In this document: positions 49,493 to 59,673 of the stretch, in pieces
Position numbering within the stretch: the first letter of the stretch is position 1
How the letters are laid out: the number at the start of each line of letters is the position of its first letter
Source of the DNA: Alphaproteobacteria bacterium
GTDB taxonomy: Bacteria; Myxococcota_A; UBA796; GCA-2862545
NCBI GenBank assembly: GCA_020632875.1
Contig: JACKET010000025.1
Location: 312 to 64,311, forward strand
Direction: 5' to 3'
Length of the DNA: 64,000 nucleotides
Position numbers and translations under genes: made by a program
The notes under the pieces: generated by a model
The model's database searches: none
Seen by the model: only the letters and a program-made list of their open reading frames with translations
What the model was told of the DNA's origin: nothing

Positions 49493-51318
49493 CAGGAAAG
49501 CACCACCAGCACGTCGCCGGAGCCGACCTGCGCGCCGGGCTCGGCGGGGATCTCGACGACCTTGCCCGCGGCTGGCGAGCTCACGGCGATCTCCATCTTC
49601 AGGGCCTCCATGACGAGGAGCGTCTGGCCGGCCGTCACGGCGTCGCCGGGCTTCACCTCGAGGCGGAGGATCTTGCCGGGCATCTCGGCGGCCACCTCGG
49701 TGCGCGGACCGACCGGAGCGGCCTTCGCAGCGCCCGGCGCCGCGCCCTCCGCGACGGCGAACTCGTAGCGGACGCCATCGATGATCGCGACGCCCCCGTC
49801 GAGCTCGACGGCGTAGCTGCGGCCCGAGACGGTCACGGACCAGGCGTTCGTCGCCGCGGGCTTCGCGACGGGCTTCGGGGGCTCGTTCTTGCGGATGCCG
49901 ATGGGTCGATCGCCCTTCAGGAACGCGATGCCCTTGTCGCCCAGCGCAGACGCGATGAACACGTTCTCGTCGGTCGCCGTCAGGCCCGCGGCCGCGAGCT
50001 TCGCCTTCGCCGGGGCCGCGCCCTTCTTCGGGTCGCGGTCGTCGATGTCGCGCGGGTTCTCGGTGGTGGGCTCGAGGCCGAGCTGCTCGGCGGCGAGCGC
50101 CACGATCTCGGGGTCGGCGGGGACGGGCGTGCGCCCGAAGTACCCGAGCACCATCTTCCCGTAGCCGTCGGCGATGCGCTTCCAGGGCCCGAAGATGACG
50201 TTGTTGAAGGCCTGCTGGAAGTAGAACTGCGACACCGGCGTGACCGACGTGCCGAACCCGCCGCGCTTCACGACCTCGGACATGGCCGCCAGCACCTCGG
50301 GGTACCGGTCGAGCATGCCGTTGTCGCGCATCATCTGGGTGTTCGCCGTGAGCGCGCCGCCCGGCATGGGCGAGATGGGGATGAGCGGCTCGACGGCCGT
50401 GGCCTCGGGCGGGATGAAGTAGTCCTTCATGCACTCCTTGAAGACGTTCTCGGCCTCGAGCACCTTGCGGTAGTCGAGCCCGAGGTCGAACTCGGAGCCG
50501 CGCAGGGCGTGCCACATCGTGAGCACGTCGACCTGCGAGGTGCCCCCGGAGCACGGTGCCATCGCGAGGTCGATGCCGTCGGCGCCCGCCTCGAGGGCCG
50601 CGCGGTAGGTGGCCACCGAGATGCCCGCGGTCTCGTGCGTGTGCACGCGCAGATGGACGTCGGGACCGAGCAGCGCCCGGGCCTGCTTGATGGCCTCGTA
50701 GACCACGGCGGGCGTGGCGGTTCCGGACGCATCCTTGTAGCAGACCGAGTGGAACGGCACGCCGTCGTCGAGGATCTGGCGCAGGATGGCCGTATAGAAC
50801 TCGGGCGAGTGGGCCTGCACCTCGGTGCCGTCGGGCGCCCGGTACGTGCCCTCGGCCCCCGGCGGCAGCGCCATCAGCGCGACGACCACCTCGTGCTGGA
50901 GGCCGGCTTCGGCGATGCAGCGCCCGCTGTACGAGAGGTTGCGCACGTCGTTGAGCGCGTCGAAGTTCCGGATCGTCGTGATGCCGTGCTTCTTGAAGAG
51001 CTTCGCGTGCAGGTCGATCATGTCGGAGCTCTGGGAGTCGAGCCCGACGACGTTCACCCCGCGCGCGAGGGTCTGCAGGTTGGCGTCGGGCCCGGCCGCC
51101 GTGCGGAACGCGTCCATCATGTCGAACGCGTCTTCGCCGCAGTACAGGTAGAGCGCCTGGTACCGGGCGCCTCCGCCGGCCTCGAAGTGCGTGAACCCGG
51201 CGTCGCGGGCCGCTTCGACGGCGGGCAGGAAGTCGGCGGTGGCCACGCGGGCCCCGAAGACCGACTGGAAACCGTCGCGGAACGCGGTGTTCATGACGGA
51301 TACGCGCTTCATCGCCAC
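49492..51318 (-). CDS. oadA: Oxaloacetate decarboxylase alpha subunit (carboxyltransferase plus biotinyl domain)
   Basis: The sequence begins [12 protein letters not shown] and contains [14 protein letters not shown]. The C-terminal biotinyl domain reads [12 protein letters not shown]. Confidence 0.85.
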   Translation of the reverse strand: MAMKRVSVMNTAFRDGFQSVFGARVATADFLPAVEAARDAGFTHFEAGGGARYQALYLYCGEDAFDMMDAFRTAAGPDANLQTLARGVNVVGLDSQSSDMIDLHAKLFKKHGITTIRNFDALNDVRNLSYSGRCIAEAGLQHEVVVALMALPPGAEGTYRAPDGTEVQAHSPEFYTAILRQILDDGVPFHSVCYKDASGTATPAVVYEAIKQARALLGPDVHLRVHTHETAGISVATYRAALEAGADGIDLAMAPCSGGTSQVDVLTMWHALRGSEFDLGLDYRKVLEAENVFKECMKDYFIPPEATAVEPLIPISPMPGGALTANTQMMRDNGMLDRYPEVLAAMSEVVKRGGFGTSVTPVSQFYFQQAFNNVIFGPWKRIADGYGKMVLGYFGRTPVPADPEIVALAAEQLGLEPTTENPRDIDDRDPKKGAAPAKAKLAAAGLTATDENVFIASALGDKGIAFLKGDRPIGIRKNEPPKPVAKPAATNAWSVTVSGRSYAVELDGGVAIIDGVRYEFAVAEGAAPGAAKAAPVGPRTEVAAEMPGKILRLEVKPGDAVTAGQTLLVMEALKMEIAVSSPAAGKVVEIPAEPGAQVGSGDVLVVLS

Positions 51319-51322
51319 GGGA

Positions 51323-51523
51323 TCAGCCCCCCTTCCGGTGTGCTTCGAGGGCCGCCAGGATCACGGCGATCTCGGGCGCAGGGCCCGGCGCGGCGGCCTT
51401 GCGCGGCGGTACGGGCTCTTCGAAGTACGCGCCGTAGCGCTCGAAGAACGCCGCCGACGCGTGCATCGTCGCGACCATCAACGTCAGGAAGCCGAACACG
51501 GCCGTCATCCCGACGCCCATCAA
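51323..51523 (-). CDS. oadG: Decarboxylase gamma subunit-like small membrane protein
   Basis: The protein is 66 aa with one TM helix (GMTAVFGFLTLMVATM). Its position immediately upstream of oadA supports the call. Confidence 0.6.
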   Translation of the reverse strand: MMGVGMTAVFGFLTLMVATMHASAAFFERYGAYFEEPVPPRKAAAPGPAPEIAVILAALEAHRKGG

Positions 51524-51566
51524 CCAGAGCCCTTCGACCAGAATGCACCTCGGGCCGCAGCATACG

Positions 51567-53366
51567 TCAGCGCCCCGGCGCGTGCCTCCGGCGGGCGGCC
51601 AGCCCCACGAGCAGCAGACCCGTCAGCCCGGACGCTCCACCGGGAGCGGCGCATCCGCAGCCCTTGTCGTCGGTATCCGTGTCCACGTCGGTGTCGGTGT
51701 CCGCGTCGGAGTCCGTGTCCGCGTCGGAGTCCGTATCGGCGTCGGAGTCCGTGTCGGCGTCGCTGTCCGCGTCGGCATCGCTGTCCGCATCGGTGTCGGC
51801 GTCTGCATCGGAGTCCGCGTCGCTGTCGGTGTCCGCGTCCGCATCGGTGTCCGCATCGGCATCCGTGTCCGTGTCCGCGTCGCCGCCGGTGTCCTGCCCG
51901 CCGCCGAATGCCACGGTCAGGGTGCCGTCCGCCGCGGGAGCGGGGACGGTCGTGACGGTGCCGTCGGGCCACCGCACGCGGAGCGTCGTGATGGCGGTGG
52001 TGGCGCCGAGCCCGAAGTGCTGGATGTGGCTGTGGGTCACGCCGTACCCCTCGCCTCCCCGCACCTCGCGGATCTGCGTGCCCCAGACGCCGTCGATCTC
52101 CACACGCGCACCGATGGCGCTGCGGTTCTCGGGCGGCCCCTCGAGGCGGACCTTCAGCCAGTGGTTCGTGTTCCCGTCGTTCAGGATCAGCCGATCGGGC
52201 GTGCTGGACGGGTTGTTGTAGCCGTTGGCGAAGCCCGCGAGGAGGTCGGGGAACCCGTTGTCGTCGAGATCGCCCACCGCGGCGCTGTGGATGGTGTTCC
52301 CGCCCGTCGGGAACGGGTTGGAGGCCTCGGTGAAGGTGCCGTCGCCGTCGTTGAAGTACAGGAAGTGGTTCCCGGCGTTGGCGGTCAGCAACAGGTCGAC
52401 GAAGGTGTCGTTGTCGAAGTCCTCGAAGACGACCTGGATGCCCCCGACGAGGTCGATGGCCGAGATGCCCGACCCGGCGGTGGCGTCGGTGAAGGTGCCG
52501 TTGCCGTTGTTCAGGTACAGCCGGCTCGGGATGTCGTGGTTGATGACGAACGCGTCGAGGTCGCCGTCGAGATCGATGTCCGCGAAGTCCGTCGACCAGC
52601 TCTGCCCCTGGGGACGGAGCCCCGCGGCCTCGGCCACGTCGGTGTAGTTGCCGGCGCCGTCGTTCTGGAAGAGCAGGTTCAGCCGGCGACCGTCCATCGG
52701 ATCGACGACGTTGAGCCGGCACTTCGACAGGTACATGTCGAGGTCGCCGTCGTTGTCGTAGTCGGTCCACACGATCCCGTAGTTGCCGCTGTTGTCGGAC
52801 GGGACGGTGGTGGCCGCGACGATGAGGCCGGGGTCGTAGGTGAGCACGCCGGTCCCGTCGTTCGAGAACGGGGCGGAGATGCCGTCGTCGTGGCAGACGA
52901 ACAGGTCGACGTCCCCGTCGACGTCGATGTCGACGAAGCTGGAGCACTGCGTGAACACGCCGCCGGACGGGCCCGGGATCACGTCCGAGAACCAGGCGGT
53001 GCCGAGCCCGTTGGCCGAGAGCAGCCGGACGTTGTTGTAGGAGCCACCCGTGAAGATGTCCGGGAAGCCGTTCCCGTCGACGTCCGCGATGGCCACGCTC
53101 CACTGGTGCATGTTCGACGTGGTGCCGTGGACGTACCGGACGAACGAGCCGCCGGGCTGCTGGAATTCGATCTCGAGGTCGGTCGCGTCGTCGAAGCGGA
53201 CGATGTCGTCGCGCCCGTCGGCGTTCATGTCCGTGACGCCGATGGCCACGCCCGACGTGAGCGCCCCATTGACGAGGTCACTGCTGCCGTTCGAGAAGGT
53301 CACCTGTGCGAGGGCCGCCGAGGGAGCCAGCGCGAGCAGGGGCGTGAGGAGGAGTCGGACGTGCAT
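51567..53366 (-). CDS. FG-GAP/VCBS plus ASPIC/UnbV (CRTAC1-family) surface protein with long acidic (D-[TAS])n linker and MYXO-CTERM-like tail
   Basis: [21 protein letters not shown] is the signal. Calcium-binding-like repeats include [48 protein letters not shown] and [22 protein letters not shown]...AIGARVEI marks the ASPIC domain. The tail reads [26 protein letters not shown]. Confidence 0.85.
   Translation of the reverse strand: MHVRLLLTPLLALAPSAALAQVTFSNGSSDLVNGALTSGVAIGVTDMNADGRDDIVRFDDATDLEIEFQQPGGSFVRYVHGTTSNMHQWSVAIADVDGNGFPDIFTGGSYNNVRLLSANGLGTAWFSDVIPGPSGGVFTQCSSFVDIDVDGDVDLFVCHDDGISAPFSNDGTGVLTYDPGLIVAATTVPSDNSGNYGIVWTDYDNDGDLDMYLSKCRLNVVDPMDGRRLNLLFQNDGAGNYTDVAEAAGLRPQGQSWSTDFADIDLDGDLDAFVINHDIPSRLYLNNGNGTFTDATAGSGISAIDLVGGIQVVFEDFDNDTFVDLLLTANAGNHFLYFNDGDGTFTEASNPFPTGGNTIHSAAVGDLDDNGFPDLLAGFANGYNNPSSTPDRLILNDGNTNHWLKVRLEGPPENRSAIGARVEIDGVWGTQIREVRGGEGYGVTHSHIQHFGLGATTAITTLRVRWPDGTVTTVPAPAADGTLTVAFGGGQDTGGDADTDTDADADTDADADTDSDADSDADADTDADSDADADSDADTDSDADTDSDADTDSDADTDTDVDTDTDDKGCGCAAPGGASGLTGLLLVGLAARRRHAPGR
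51668..51881 (-). repeat. In-frame imperfect hexanucleotide tandem array encoding (Asp-Thr/Ala/Ser)n, about 71 residues
   Basis: The plus strand reads GTCGGTGTC / GTCGGCGTC / GTCGGAGTC-type units. The translation is [71 protein letters not shown]. Confidence 0.9.
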
Positions 53367-53378
53367 GGGACCTCCGGG

Positions 53379-55526
53379 TCAGAATCCGTTGGAGACGGGG
53401 CCGTAGAGCGCGACGTCCCCTGCGGGGCCGGCCGGGCCGAGGGACTGGAGCCCGCCGTGCCCCTGGTACCCGCCCACGTTGGGCAGGTGGACGCAGCGCT
53501 CGCCCGCCTCGCAGAGCAGGTTGTCGTTGCCCACGCCGTCCTGGCCGATCTCGCGGGCATGGACGAGCAGCATCGAGCGGCAGCCGCTCGCGGTCCACAT
53601 GGCGCCCTGGAGGCTCGCGCAGGCGGCCTGATCCGCGGTCCAGCGGTGCGGGACCACGACCGCGTCGGCATTCACGGGCACCTCGAGCAGGCCGCGCGCC
53701 ACGGCGTCGGTCTCGCGCAGCGCCCAGTCCCACACCTGGCACGACGGGTTGGTGAGGTCGCAGTCGCCGCGCAGCGCGTTGTCGGGCAGCGGTGCGGCGC
53801 GGCCCCATCCCCGCCACGCCGTGTCCCACAGGATGCGCTCGTTCGCGAGGCTGTACGTCGCGAGCCCTGTCGCGTCGTCGTCCGGGTTCGCTGCGTCCGC
53901 CACGGCGCCCACGAAGCTCGTCGCGAGCGTCACACCGGTCGATTCGACGACCCCGGGCGTATCGGAGAACGCGCTGCACGCGGTCGGCGTGACGCCCACC
54001 ACGCAGAGCGCATCGAGCCCGCCGGTCTGGAATCGGCCCGACAGGGTGACCGCGCTGTTGGCGCTGCGCGAGGCTCCGATGCCCGCGACGCCCGTGCCCA
54101 GCCACTGATCCGTGAGGATGGCGTCGTGGAGCCGCACCCCGAGCGTGTCGTCGACCGTCACGCCGCGGAAGCCGTTGATGGAGGCGTACGCGAGCACGGT
54201 CGTGTCGTCGGCGTCGTTCAGCCAGAGCGAGTGCGAGCCGCTCGCGTTGGACGTGGCGCCCAGCAGGGCGTTCGAGTGGCCGCCGAGCACGTAGATGCCG
54301 ACGTTGCTGTTCCCCACGACCACCGACGCCAGCACGTTGTCGTCGCCGTTCAGGCGGAGGCCCGAGGCGTGGCCCTGGAACACGGCCAGGCCCTCGAACA
54401 GGTTGTGGTGCGAGTTCGGGTCGACCTCCACGGGGTCGTTGGTGGTCGAGAATCGCGCGCCCTGGACGCGGTTGGCGCTCGACCCGACGAGCCTCAGGCT
54501 GCCGTCGCCGCGCACGTTGCGCACCACCGAGAACCGCGTGTCGTACAGGCGGATCACGAAGCTGTTCGTGCTGTCGAAGTCGCCTTCGAGCCACAGGAAC
54601 CGCCGGCCCTGGTTGGGCGTGAGGTTCGACACGCCACCGAGCATCCGGGCCCCCGGCCCCGTGACCAGCGCCACGCGGTCGGCGGTGATCAGCGGTGACG
54701 CGGCGGTGTCCGACGGGATGACGTAGACCGTGCCGGCCGTGTTCAGCACCGAGACATTCGTCACGACCTGGACGGGGTTGTCGTGCCACGGCCCCGGCTC
54801 GGAGCTCGCGACCACGCCCGTGCCGTCTTCGACGACCAGGCGGTTGTCGCGCCACGCGAGGGCGGCGAAGTCGAGCAGGTCGGCGAGGCCCCTGCCCTCC
54901 TTCAGGCCCGTCGAGACGAAGCGGATGCCGCCATCGTCGACGCAGGACCACTGGAAGGCGTCGAGATCGTCGGTCGCCGTGAGGCCCGCGCAGGCCGTCG
55001 CACCCGGGACGGGCATCGCGAGCCACTCGCCGGCGTGGAGGCACGCGCTGTAGAACCCCGGCTCGGTGCCCGCGCACGCCGCCCCGGACGCGTCGAACGG
55101 CGTGGCGCCATCCGACACGACGTAGTCGTTCCAGTGCGCCGACCCGCCGCCGAACCAGGCCGTCACTGCGGGGGGCGGGACGGCCGTGTCGCCCGGAGAG
55201 CCCGTGTCGGACGCGGTGTCCGCGGGGGCGGCCGTGTCGGCGGCCGTGTCCGCATCGGAATCGGTGTCGGCGTCCGTATCGGTGTCCGAGTCGGAATCGG
55301 TGTCGGTGTCGGTGTCGGCGTCCGTGTCGGTGTCGGCGTCCGTGTCGGTGTCGGCGTCGCTGTCCGCGTCGGAATCCGTGTCTGCATCGGAATCCGTGTC
55401 CGCGTCGGAATCGGAGTCCGAGTCGGCGTCGGTGTCGGTGTCCGCGTCGCCGTCGGGCACGGTGTCGGTGTCTTCGACCCGACCCTTGCACCCGAGCGCG
55501 AGCAGCAGCGCGAACGTGAGACGCAT
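53379..55526 (-). CDS. Lipoprotein with long N-terminal acidic (D-[TAS])n linker and right-handed beta-helix-like repeats
   Basis: [15 protein letters not shown] is the lipobox. About 95 residues of DTD/DSD/DAD repeats follow. The central region has NxxG/SxN-type periodic strands: [56 protein letters not shown]. Confidence 0.7.
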   Translation of the reverse strand: MRLTFALLLALGCKGRVEDTDTVPDGDADTDTDADSDSDSDADTDSDADTDSDADSDADTDTDADTDTDADTDTDTDSDSDTDTDADTDSDADTAADTAAPADTASDTGSPGDTAVPPPAVTAWFGGGSAHWNDYVVSDGATPFDASGAACAGTEPGFYSACLHAGEWLAMPVPGATACAGLTATDDLDAFQWSCVDDGGIRFVSTGLKEGRGLADLLDFAALAWRDNRLVVEDGTGVVASSEPGPWHDNPVQVVTNVSVLNTAGTVYVIPSDTAASPLITADRVALVTGPGARMLGGVSNLTPNQGRRFLWLEGDFDSTNSFVIRLYDTRFSVVRNVRGDGSLRLVGSSANRVQGARFSTTNDPVEVDPNSHHNLFEGLAVFQGHASGLRLNGDDNVLASVVVGNSNVGIYVLGGHSNALLGATSNASGSHSLWLNDADDTTVLAYASINGFRGVTVDDTLGVRLHDAILTDQWLGTGVAGIGASRSANSAVTLSGRFQTGGLDALCVVGVTPTACSAFSDTPGVVESTGVTLATSFVGAVADAANPDDDATGLATYSLANERILWDTAWRGWGRAAPLPDNALRGDCDLTNPSCQVWDWALRETDAVARGLLEVPVNADAVVVPHRWTADQAACASLQGAMWTASGCRSMLLVHAREIGQDGVGNDNLLCEAGERCVHLPNVGGYQGHGGLQSLGPAGPAGDVALYGPVSNGF
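55190..55475 (-). repeat. In-frame imperfect hexanucleotide tandem array encoding (Asp-Thr/Ser/Ala)n (core about 55247-55450)
   Basis: The unit family matches that at 51668-51881, on the same strand. The translation is [74 protein letters not shown]... Confidence 0.9.
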
Positions 55527-55729
55527 GCGACCTCCGCGGCCCGGTATAGCCGCTCAGCGCCCGCGGCGAGACGCGTTCGCCGATAGCGCCCGGCGCACCC
55601 GGGTCACCGGCGAGCTCGACCCCGCGGGTCGCGGCGTTCCAGGCCCACTCCCGAAGAAATTGTATCCGGTCGATATCCACCGGTGTACGGAGGGAATGAG
55701 GCATCCGCCTCAGGAGATCGACGAACGTC

Positions 55730-56302
55730 ATGATCCATCCCCACACGCGGCTGGCCCACATCGGCGAGCCCATCGGATTCGGCGTGGTCGCGACGCGCCC
55801 GATCCCCAAGGGAACCATCGTCTGGGTACGCGACCCGCTCGATCAGCGAATCCCCCGCGACCAGGCGCGCAGCCTCGGGCCGCTCTTCCGCGACGCGCTG
55901 CGCCACTACACCTTCTGGGAGGTCGAGCGCGGCGACCTCATCCTGTGCTGGGACCACGCCCGCTACGTGAACCACTCGTGCGAGGCGAACTGCCTCGGCG
56001 GCGGCTTCGAGTTCGAGATCGCCGTGCGCGACATCGAGCCGGGCGAAGAGCTCACCGACGACTACGCCACCTTCGGCTATGCGTCCGAGCTGCCCTGTCA
56101 GTGCGGGGCGCCGACCTGCCGCGGCCTCGTGAAGCGCAGCGACGCGATGGAGATGGGCCCCGTGTGGGACGCCCGTCTGATCGCCGCGATGGCCCGGCTC
56201 TCCGCGGTCGAGCAGCCGCTCTGGCCGCTGGTCGAAGACAAGGCCCGCGTCGACCAGGCGCTCCGCGACCCGCGAAAGACGCCGCTGCACCGGGTCGCCT
56301 GA
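55730..56302 (+). CDS. SET-domain protein (putative lysine methyltransferase)
   Basis: ARYVNHSCEANC is an NHSCxxN motif and ELTDDYA is an ELxxDY motif. The post-SET-like Cys cluster is LPCQCGAPTCRG. Confidence 0.8.
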   Translation: MIHPHTRLAHIGEPIGFGVVATRPIPKGTIVWVRDPLDQRIPRDQARSLGPLFRDALRHYTFWEVERGDLILCWDHARYVNHSCEANCLGGGFEFEIAVRDIEPGEELTDDYATFGYASELPCQCGAPTCRGLVKRSDAMEMGPVWDARLIAAMARLSAVEQPLWPLVEDKARVDQALRDPRKTPLHRVA

Positions 56303-56307
56303 GGCAC

Positions 56308-57618
56308 CTACGGGCAGAACGCCCGTACCGACGCGCTCCACCACGCCGCGTTCCACCGCGCGGACCCGTCGGGCTGCACGAGCAGGGCGGCGTGGAGCAC
56401 GCCGTCGCGGTGGAGGAAGGTGCGCGCCGCGGCTCCCGGGATGCTCCCGAAGACCTCGGCCCCGTCGGTGTAGCCGGGAGGGCGCTCGACCGGGCCGTGC
56501 ACGTCCCACGTCCCCGACCCCTCGCAGCGTGCGCCGAAGTACACCCACGGGCCCGGGTCGTCCTCGGTCTCCCACATCAGGAAGGCGTTCCCGTCGACGA
56601 GGACGAGCTTCGGCTGGCGATGCCGCGGGCCGGGCGGGTCGATCACGCTCGCACGCCACGGCTCCTCGTCGAGGCACTCGCCCGTGCACTCCCAGAGCAG
56701 CAGCTCGTCGCGGTTGGTGGAGCTCGCCGCGGCCACGGCGTAGTGGTCGCCCTCCACCGCCACCGCCGGGAAGTTGGCGCCCTCGTGGCCCGGCGGGAAC
56801 CCGAGGTCGAACGGACGCCCGACCTCCCAGCCGTCCGGACCGAGCCGGTCCATGCGCGCCTGGATCGCGTCCCCGTCGGGCTCCGAGTGCCACACCGACA
56901 AGCGCCGCCCGTCGGATCCGAACCCGAAGTCGCAGTGGTCCTGCACGCCCGCGGCGTCGGCGACGGCCTCGAGTGGCCGCGTGTTCCAGGCCTCGGCGCC
57001 CGCGCGGGTCTTCACGAAGACGTCCTGCTCGGGCTCGTCGTCGTACGCGGTGACGCACAGGTGGTCGGTGGCGAGCACGGGGTCGCGGTCGACGTGCGCG
57101 CGACCGAAGCGCAGCCCGAGCCCCGGCGGGTCGACCCGCACACGCGAGACCGGCGCGGCCAGGTCGGTGCGCGACTGGGTGATCAGCTCGAGCTGGGGAC
57201 GCGTCTGGAGCACGTTCTGCTTCGCGACGACCTGCACCGTCGCGTCGCCGTCGTCCACGAGGATGGCCGGGTAGTGGCCGGTGAGCGGTGTGAGGCGCGA
57301 TTCGCTCACGACCTTCGCGGCCAACGCGGTCCCGTCCCACCGGATCAGGTCGACGTCGGCGCGGCCGAGCGCCCAGGTCGCGTGCTCCACGGCGATCCAG
57401 ATCTCGTCGTCTGCCGCGGCGATCGACACGGTGAACCCCGTGCGCCCCGACGACGCGAGGTCGCGGACCTCGACGGAGTGCGGCTCCACCAGCGCCTCGC
57501 CCGTGTCGGCCGTCGCGACGGGCACCGCCGTGTCACCGGTCTCCTCGGGTTCGGGCGTCGGCACGGGCGGTGTGGACGGGGGGCCCGGGCACCCGATCAG
57601 TCCGGCCAGCACGAGCAC
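56308..57618 (-). CDS. Hypothetical lipoprotein (beta-rich, propeller-like)
   Basis: The GTG start gives (M)LVLAGLIGCPGPP, a lipobox followed by a Pro/Thr linker. I recognise no catalytic motif. Confidence 0.6.
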   Translation of the reverse strand: MLVLAGLIGCPGPPSTPPVPTPEPEETGDTAVPVATADTGEALVEPHSVEVRDLASSGRTGFTVSIAAADDEIWIAVEHATWALGRADVDLIRWDGTALAAKVVSESRLTPLTGHYPAILVDDGDATVQVVAKQNVLQTRPQLELITQSRTDLAAPVSRVRVDPPGLGLRFGRAHVDRDPVLATDHLCVTAYDDEPEQDVFVKTRAGAEAWNTRPLEAVADAAGVQDHCDFGFGSDGRRLSVWHSEPDGDAIQARMDRLGPDGWEVGRPFDLGFPPGHEGANFPAVAVEGDHYAVAAASSTNRDELLLWECTGECLDEEPWRASVIDPPGPRHRQPKLVLVDGNAFLMWETEDDPGPWVYFGARCEGSGTWDVHGPVERPPGYTDGAEVFGSIPGAAARTFLHRDGVLHAALLVQPDGSARWNAAWWSASVRAFCP

Positions 57619-57719
57619 AGACGCCTCCCCCGGCTCCAGCGCCGTCGCCGCAGCCTATCCGGCGGCGGCGCCACTCGCCCGGAGCGGGCGCAGAGCGTCT
57701 CGAATCGATTCAGTGTGAT

Positions 57720-58298
57720 TCAGCTCGCCGAACCCTTCTGACGCGGCTGCGGCGCCGAGCCGAACCGCGCGAGCACGACCCGAACGAGCGTGACCGCGAA
57801 CCACACGAGCGGCGCGCCGTGCATCACGAGGTCGAACCAGTCCATCGCGCCCATGCCGACGGCCCCGCCGGCCACCCAGCGGATCTTGCCGACGATGTGG
57901 GGCTCGGGCGTCAGCGGCGCCAGACCGAGCGTGAGGGACAGCATGAGCGGGATGGCGAGGGCCCCGAGCTCGGGCCCGGCGCCCGCCTTCGACGACCAGG
58001 CCGTCATCGGGCCGAGATCGACGGCCTTCTCGAAGCCGGCGCCCTTCAGGATGCGCACCGCCGACGCGCTGCGCGCCCCGGAGCGGCAGTACACCACCAC
58101 AGCCTTGTTCCGGTCGAGCTCGCCGACCCGCGACTGGAGCGCGTGCACGGGGATGTTCCGCGCGCCCTTCAGGTGGCCGGAATCGAACTCGGACGGGGTG
58201 CGCACATCGAGCAGGACGGCGCCTTCCTCCACCATCCCCTGGGCTTCTTCGCCCGACACGCGGGCGGCGCCTCCACCGAACAACGAGAGCAGGGACAT
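57720..58298 (-). CDS. Rhodanese-domain protein fused to a C-terminal membrane region
   Basis: The start is reset to MSLLSLFGGG. LLDVRTPSEFDSGHLKGARNIP and the active-site loop VYCRSGARS are present. The C-terminal roughly 90 aa is hydrophobic. Confidence 0.75.
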   Translation of the reverse strand: MSLLSLFGGGAARVSGEEAQGMVEEGAVLLDVRTPSEFDSGHLKGARNIPVHALQSRVGELDRNKAVVVYCRSGARSASAVRILKGAGFEKAVDLGPMTAWSSKAGAGPELGALAIPLMLSLTLGLAPLTPEPHIVGKIRWVAGGAVGMGAMDWFDLVMHGAPLVWFAVTLVRVVLARFGSAPQPRQKGSAS

Positions 58299-58338
58299 CG
58301 GGACCTCCGACCGGCGCCAGTGCAATGCGCGTGCCGGA

Positions 58339-58962
58339 CTATCCCTGCCCGCAGTCGGTGAACAGGCACGACGCCGGCGTCTGCTCGCACAGGTCTTCGC
58401 CGGCGTTCAGGATGTCGAGCTGGCAGTCGATGATCTGGCCGAGCGTGCCGCAGCCGCCGAACCCGAACCCCGCGCAGGCGTCGGGGATGGGCTCGAAGGC
58501 GATGGGCCCGTCTTCGCACTCGATGCTGAAGGCCTCGTAGTCGTTCGTGACCGCGCAGACCGCGAGGATGTCGCTCTCCTGCATCGACTCCAGCGCGAGC
58601 CCGCCGTCGAGGCCGAGTGCCGCGCTCCACAGGTGCAGGCCGCACGCCTCGAGGGGCGCACACGCATCGGAGCCCACCTGCAGGGTGCAGGCATCGGCGG
58701 CGATCGACGTCTGGCACGCCTCCCACTGCTCGACGGTGACCTCGCACGCGTCCGCGGGGAACCACGTGGCGGCGCACGTCTCGTGGGCCAGGGGCTCGAC
58801 GCGCACCGGGATGACGAGCCCGCAGTCGGCGAGCACCGCTTCGCTCACGCCATAGGCGTCTTCGCAGAGGGCGGCGCGGTCGACGTCGTCGAGCGCGACC
58901 AGCGGCGTATCGGGGCCGTACGGCCGGCATGCGAGGAGGAAGAGCGGGAGGATCCGGGTCAC
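58339..58962 (-). CDS. Cys-rich lipoprotein (17 Cys; recurring [DE]-A-C motif)
   Basis: The GTG start gives VTRILPLFLLAC, a lipobox. Motifs include PADACE, WEACQ, AADACT, SDACA, LEACG and PDACAG. Confidence 0.6.
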   Translation of the reverse strand: MTRILPLFLLACRPYGPDTPLVALDDVDRAALCEDAYGVSEAVLADCGLVIPVRVEPLAHETCAATWFPADACEVTVEQWEACQTSIAADACTLQVGSDACAPLEACGLHLWSAALGLDGGLALESMQESDILAVCAVTNDYEAFSIECEDGPIAFEPIPDACAGFGFGGCGTLGQIIDCQLDILNAGEDLCEQTPASCLFTDCGQG

Positions 58963-59005
58963 ACGAGCTCCGTTGCAGGTGCCTATGATCACCTGAGGAG
59001 GACCG

Positions 59006-59566
59006 ATGTTGGCGATGATTCTCGCGGCCCTGGCCGCCCCGCCGTCGTCCCACCTGAAGGGCGCCAGCGGAGAGCTGGTGTGGGAGATCGAAGCACGCGA
59101 CGGCGGCGTCCACGTCGAGGGGCGCTCGCCGAAGTGGCGCGTCGTGCACGAGGCCGCGGCCGACCTCTCGCCCCGCCACACCGAGCGCACGGTCGACGGG
59201 CAGACCACGGTGGTCGACTACACCGCGCAGGGCGCGACGGTCACGTTCCCCGGCGGCCGCACGGTGGTGATCGAGACCCCCGGCATCTGGGACGGCGACA
59301 CGCTCGACGTCCGGCTCGGTCAGGCCTACGCCGACGGGCGTCCGGCGCAGGTCTTCAAGGCCGTCGACACGGCGAGCGGCAAGGTCTACCGGTTCGACAG
59401 CCAGCTCGTCGGTCCCGACCAGTGCGGCGCGCAGGCCTGCGGGCACGTGCTCGTGCAGCTGACCGGGATGCTGCGCGCGCTCGGGCCGAGCTTCCACTAC
59501 TGGTTCGCGGCCGACGGCCGGTTACTCCGCTTCGAGGGGCCCGCCGGCGAGTTCCGCGCCGAGTAG
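59006..59566 (+). CDS. Hypothetical exported protein
   Basis: A GAGGAGG RBS is present. MLAMILAALAAPPSS is signal-like. The protein is 186 aa. Confidence 0.55.
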   Translation: MLAMILAALAAPPSSHLKGASGELVWEIEARDGGVHVEGRSPKWRVVHEAAADLSPRHTERTVDGQTTVVDYTAQGATVTFPGGRTVVIETPGIWDGDTLDVRLGQAYADGRPAQVFKAVDTASGKVYRFDSQLVGPDQCGAQACGHVLVQLTGMLRALGPSFHYWFAADGRLLRFEGPAGEFRAE

Positions 59567-59673
59567 GCAGCGGCGGATGGCGGGCGGGCGGAGCAACCAC
59601 CGGTTGCGTTGCTCCGGCGCCTCGCCGGGCTAGGTGGGCAGACCGGGCGACCCACGTCCGGGAGGGAGGCTCC

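Noticed and set aside
51668-51881. Tandem repeats at 51.7 kb and 55.3 kb as non-coding satellite or CRISPR-like DNA.
   Set aside because: The repeats are in frame inside well-supported genes and translate to (Asp-Thr/Ser/Ala)n linkers. The unit is 6 nt, not a repeat-spacer structure.
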